Shown in pieces: positions 61,189-64,000 of a stretch of 64,000 nt of DNA. Positions within the stretch are counted from its first letter, which is position 1. Every line of letters begins with the position of its first letter. The translations under genes and the position numbers were made by a program. The DNA is from Chiloscyllium plagiosum (lineage: Eukaryota), in contig NC_057710.1 in assembly GCF_004010195.1 (NCBI RefSeq), positions 137,336,503 through 137,400,502 of the forward strand, given 5' to 3'. Below the pieces are notes generated by a model, which was not told the DNA's origin, searched no databases, and was given only the letters and a program-made list of their open reading frames with translations.

Positions 61189-61348
61189 ATCTTTTCAGGC
61201 CATTACTGGTATTTCAAAAGAGGGAAGCAGTTGATTTTCAATGATCTTCACTCCATTGTAATGTCAGAGTGGGGAAGTTTGCTGAATTATGTGCAATGTT
61301 TGGTATCATTCACAACTCCTGACACACTAAAGTCCAAACATAGCAAGA

Positions 61349-61545
61349 TTAGAGTGGTGCTGGAAAAGCACAGCAGGTCAGGCAGCATCCAAGGAGCAGG
61401 AAAATCAACATTTCGGGCAAAAGGCCTCCATCAGGAAGGGCTTTTGTCCAAAATGTCGATTTTCCTGCTCCTCAGATGCTGCCTGACCTGTTGTGCTTTT
61501 CCAGCACCACTCTAATTCTTGACTCTAATTCTCCAGCATCTGCCT
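61349..61545. mobile_element. Fold-back PLE family A insertion with two damaged hammerhead halves
   Basis: 18-bp TSD agtccaaac(a/g)tagcaaga (61331-61348, 61546-61563); long inverted arms hinged at ...ccatcagg|aagggctttt... Confidence 0.88.
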
Positions 61546-62099
61546 AGTCCAAACGTAGCAAGACATGGGCAACATTCAGGTTTGGGCTGAAAAGTGGCAA
61601 GTAACCTTTGTGCCTCACAGGTCCCCAGCGATGACCATCTACTCCTAATCAATCAATGGCATTTCCATCAATAAAGACCTCTACTCCAGAACTAACAGAA
61701 CTCCTATCCAAATCAAAAGGACAAATTCGTTTCAGCAAGTCACTATTCCATCCATCCATCTCAATTATTAGTAAAGTGATGAAATGTGTTGTTGACAGTG
61801 ATATCAAATAACACCACAATTGACAACTTGCGATTTACCTTTGACCAGAAACTGAACTGGACCAATCATATAACGTCATGGCCACAAGGGCAGACCAGTG
61901 ACTGAGAATTTTATAGCTAGTAATTCACTTCCTCCCTCTTGAAAGCCTGTCCGCCATCTACAAGGCTCACGTTAGGAATGCAATGAAATATATTATCATT
62001 GTGGAAAAACATAAACTATCAATTTTTGAGGTCAGTTTTTAGATTGTTTTAATACTCAGGGATCTTTCATGGATTAAAACAATTTTGAAATATTTTTTA

Positions 62100-63360
62100 A
62101 AAATTGCCTTGAAGTGACCTCAGTGACCATCTCACCTCAGGTTCAGCCAGCTCAAGAAACCACCAATAAACAAGAACCAGTCTGAATTGAAACTAACATC
62201 ATCAAAAGGCCTGAAACCAGTCACTCAGAGCTAATCTTGTGGTGGATTGACACCTTCCTGGATAAGTCTTTCCCAACTGAGTAGTCAGTATGTGAGTGAC
62301 GCAGGAGGCAGCCTTACTGATGCTTCCTCCAAATCCTCAGTACCCTCGGCATCAGAGGTCAGGGACGTAACCTCTGGGAAGACTGGCCATTTTACCGTGG
62401 TGAGTTTGGAAATACTGGCTGTTCCAGCAGGACAAAAGAGAGAGAATGCTTGTGGTCAATGGTTAGGAGTGGTGTGCAGTGAATAATATTGACAGTGGGG
62501 TTACTGTGAGAGTTGTATTGGAATGAAAGGTGGTATTTACTTGATTGGCAGGACGTGAATGTCTTGACATCCCAGGATCCTAACCTCAGGTAGCCTTCTC
62601 TGCCCGTTTATGGGTTGTTGAAATGAAAGTGAACTGAAAGTGTGTGGTGTGGCTTTTGGTTCAGGTGGGGGAAAGGTGAGGAGCTGTTCTGAAGGAGGCA
62701 GTGCAGAGACCATGTAAAGGTCATAGTGTAGGATGTTTGGAAAGGGTGGTGGACTTAAGAGTGGATGAGGGAACATGTTGCCATTGATAGTAAGAGTGAC
62801 ACAGAGCATGAGTCTTGGTGGGAGGTGAGTGCTGTAGCAGTGATGGAGTGAGTGTGAGGTAGCAGAGAGAAAAGTGTGGCCCTTACACTGAAGCAGAGCA
62901 GAAGGTCACTGCTGGCAGTTTCTCTGCTCCCTGGAGAAGGCTATGACCCAGGTGGCATGGTTTGGTAGCATGACTTTCTCTGCCACTCCTCATGGAAGAG
63001 GTCTCCTCTCCTTTGTTTTCCCATCCCCACAACCGGAAGCTTCAGATCCTGCAGAAGAATAATGGTACCATCTTCTGACTCCTCCCCTGACTACATGGGA
63101 CAGCTACTGCCAGTACTCATCTGGGTACATAGTGATCTTTTAAAGTTTGCATGAATGTGAAGATGGCTGTGTTTTGATGGATATCCAATCACTGGTGAGT
63201 TGTTCTGGAAACAGAATGTGATAAGATGGGGCTAGAATTCGGTATGAGGAGTGGGGTAGGTAGTCAATAATGTGCATTTAGTAAGATACGGTGAGAAATT
63301 GCATTAGGCTTTGCAACAGGAATTCCTCCAAAAACCTTGAGACAACTCACATTTAGCAAG
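62100..63360 (-). mobile_element. PIF/Harbinger relic with Myb/SANT-like ORF remnant
   Basis: 62880-63080 is colinear with 32280-32480 (accatgcca..ctgg.tcat, tgaccttct..ctctgc), followed by a gtaag donor on minus. Confidence 0.5.
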
Positions 63361-63399
63361 AAAAGTAAGAATCAGGCCTATAATGTTTGAATATAATAG

Positions 63400-64000
63400 T
63401 TAGCTGTAATAAATAGCTGTTGGATTTTTCAATACCACAATAGCCAAGTCCAGTTTATTATGTACAGAAGATAACCATGCATTGCCTCATCAGGCAAAAT
63501 TCATATCACAGAAAGAGAGAAGAAATGGATTTTTAACAGGAGACCTGAAAAACTCTCTCTTTCTCTCCCACTCTGTTTCCTGTCAGCCTTATGAAAGACA
63601 GTGCCTGATGATGACAAAGTAAATTAGAGAAACATCCATTCACTGAGAATTCAAAGATATTTACAAATTTCATTTCTGTTGTGGATACAAGACATCAATT
63701 AAACAACCGTAGCCTCAGGTTAAAGCTGAACACTTTCACGATTCTAAGGACATTTAACCTGCATATCCTTTTTGTTACATACTCTTCTAAACTTTCTATC
63801 TGTGTTTGTGCATATGTGTTTCATGTTCCATTTTATTATTTTTCTCAGGGTTAGTAAGTAATAATATTCCTCTTTCCTTCATTATAGAAGCCTCATATTT
63901 GGCTTGTTAATTTTTGAAGTAGTGAATTTTGTTTTAACTGGTGTGAAATATCCATGTAATGAAAAAAAATTGTTGCAGCCAATTGAGGAGGTTAAAAAGA
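63400..64000 (+). mobile_element. Possible LTR fragment running off the window
   Basis: Resembles shark Gypsy-type LTRs as I recall them (ctctctct tract, gtgtgt tract, terminal gaggaggttaaaaaga); termini not verifiable. Confidence 0.35.

Noticed and set aside
63604-63640. ctgatga...gaaac as another hammerhead
   Set aside because: The intervening sequence cannot form stem II and there is no PLE context

Overview
Eukaryotic, AT-rich, CpG-depleted vertebrate DNA. The repeat set (HE1-type V-SINEs, Deu-domain SINEs, CR1/L2, Rex1/Babar, Penelope-like elements) points to a shark or other elasmobranch. The window is mostly intron of one minus-strand gene, SEC24B (COPII cargo adaptor). Three coding exons are visible: 29741-29022 (720 nt), 24188-24027 (162 nt) and 1937-1842 (96 nt). 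All have canonical AG/GT ends and phase 1-1, and the last closely resembles the human SEC24B SSAPTPLSSTSDDEEE exon as I recall it. Exon 1 and the downstream exons lie outside the window or were not recognised. The rest is transposon debris plus a 957-nt N gap. The most notable system is a set of Penelope-like element (PLE) insertions from at least two young families carrying minimal hammerhead ribozymes. Many have clear target-site duplications (TSDs), many are truncated or fold back at the ribozyme, one encloses about 510 bp of unrelated DNA between inverted arms, and one has a reiterated target sequence. Family names come from my recognition of motifs, not from database searches, and the boundaries of old repeats are approximate.
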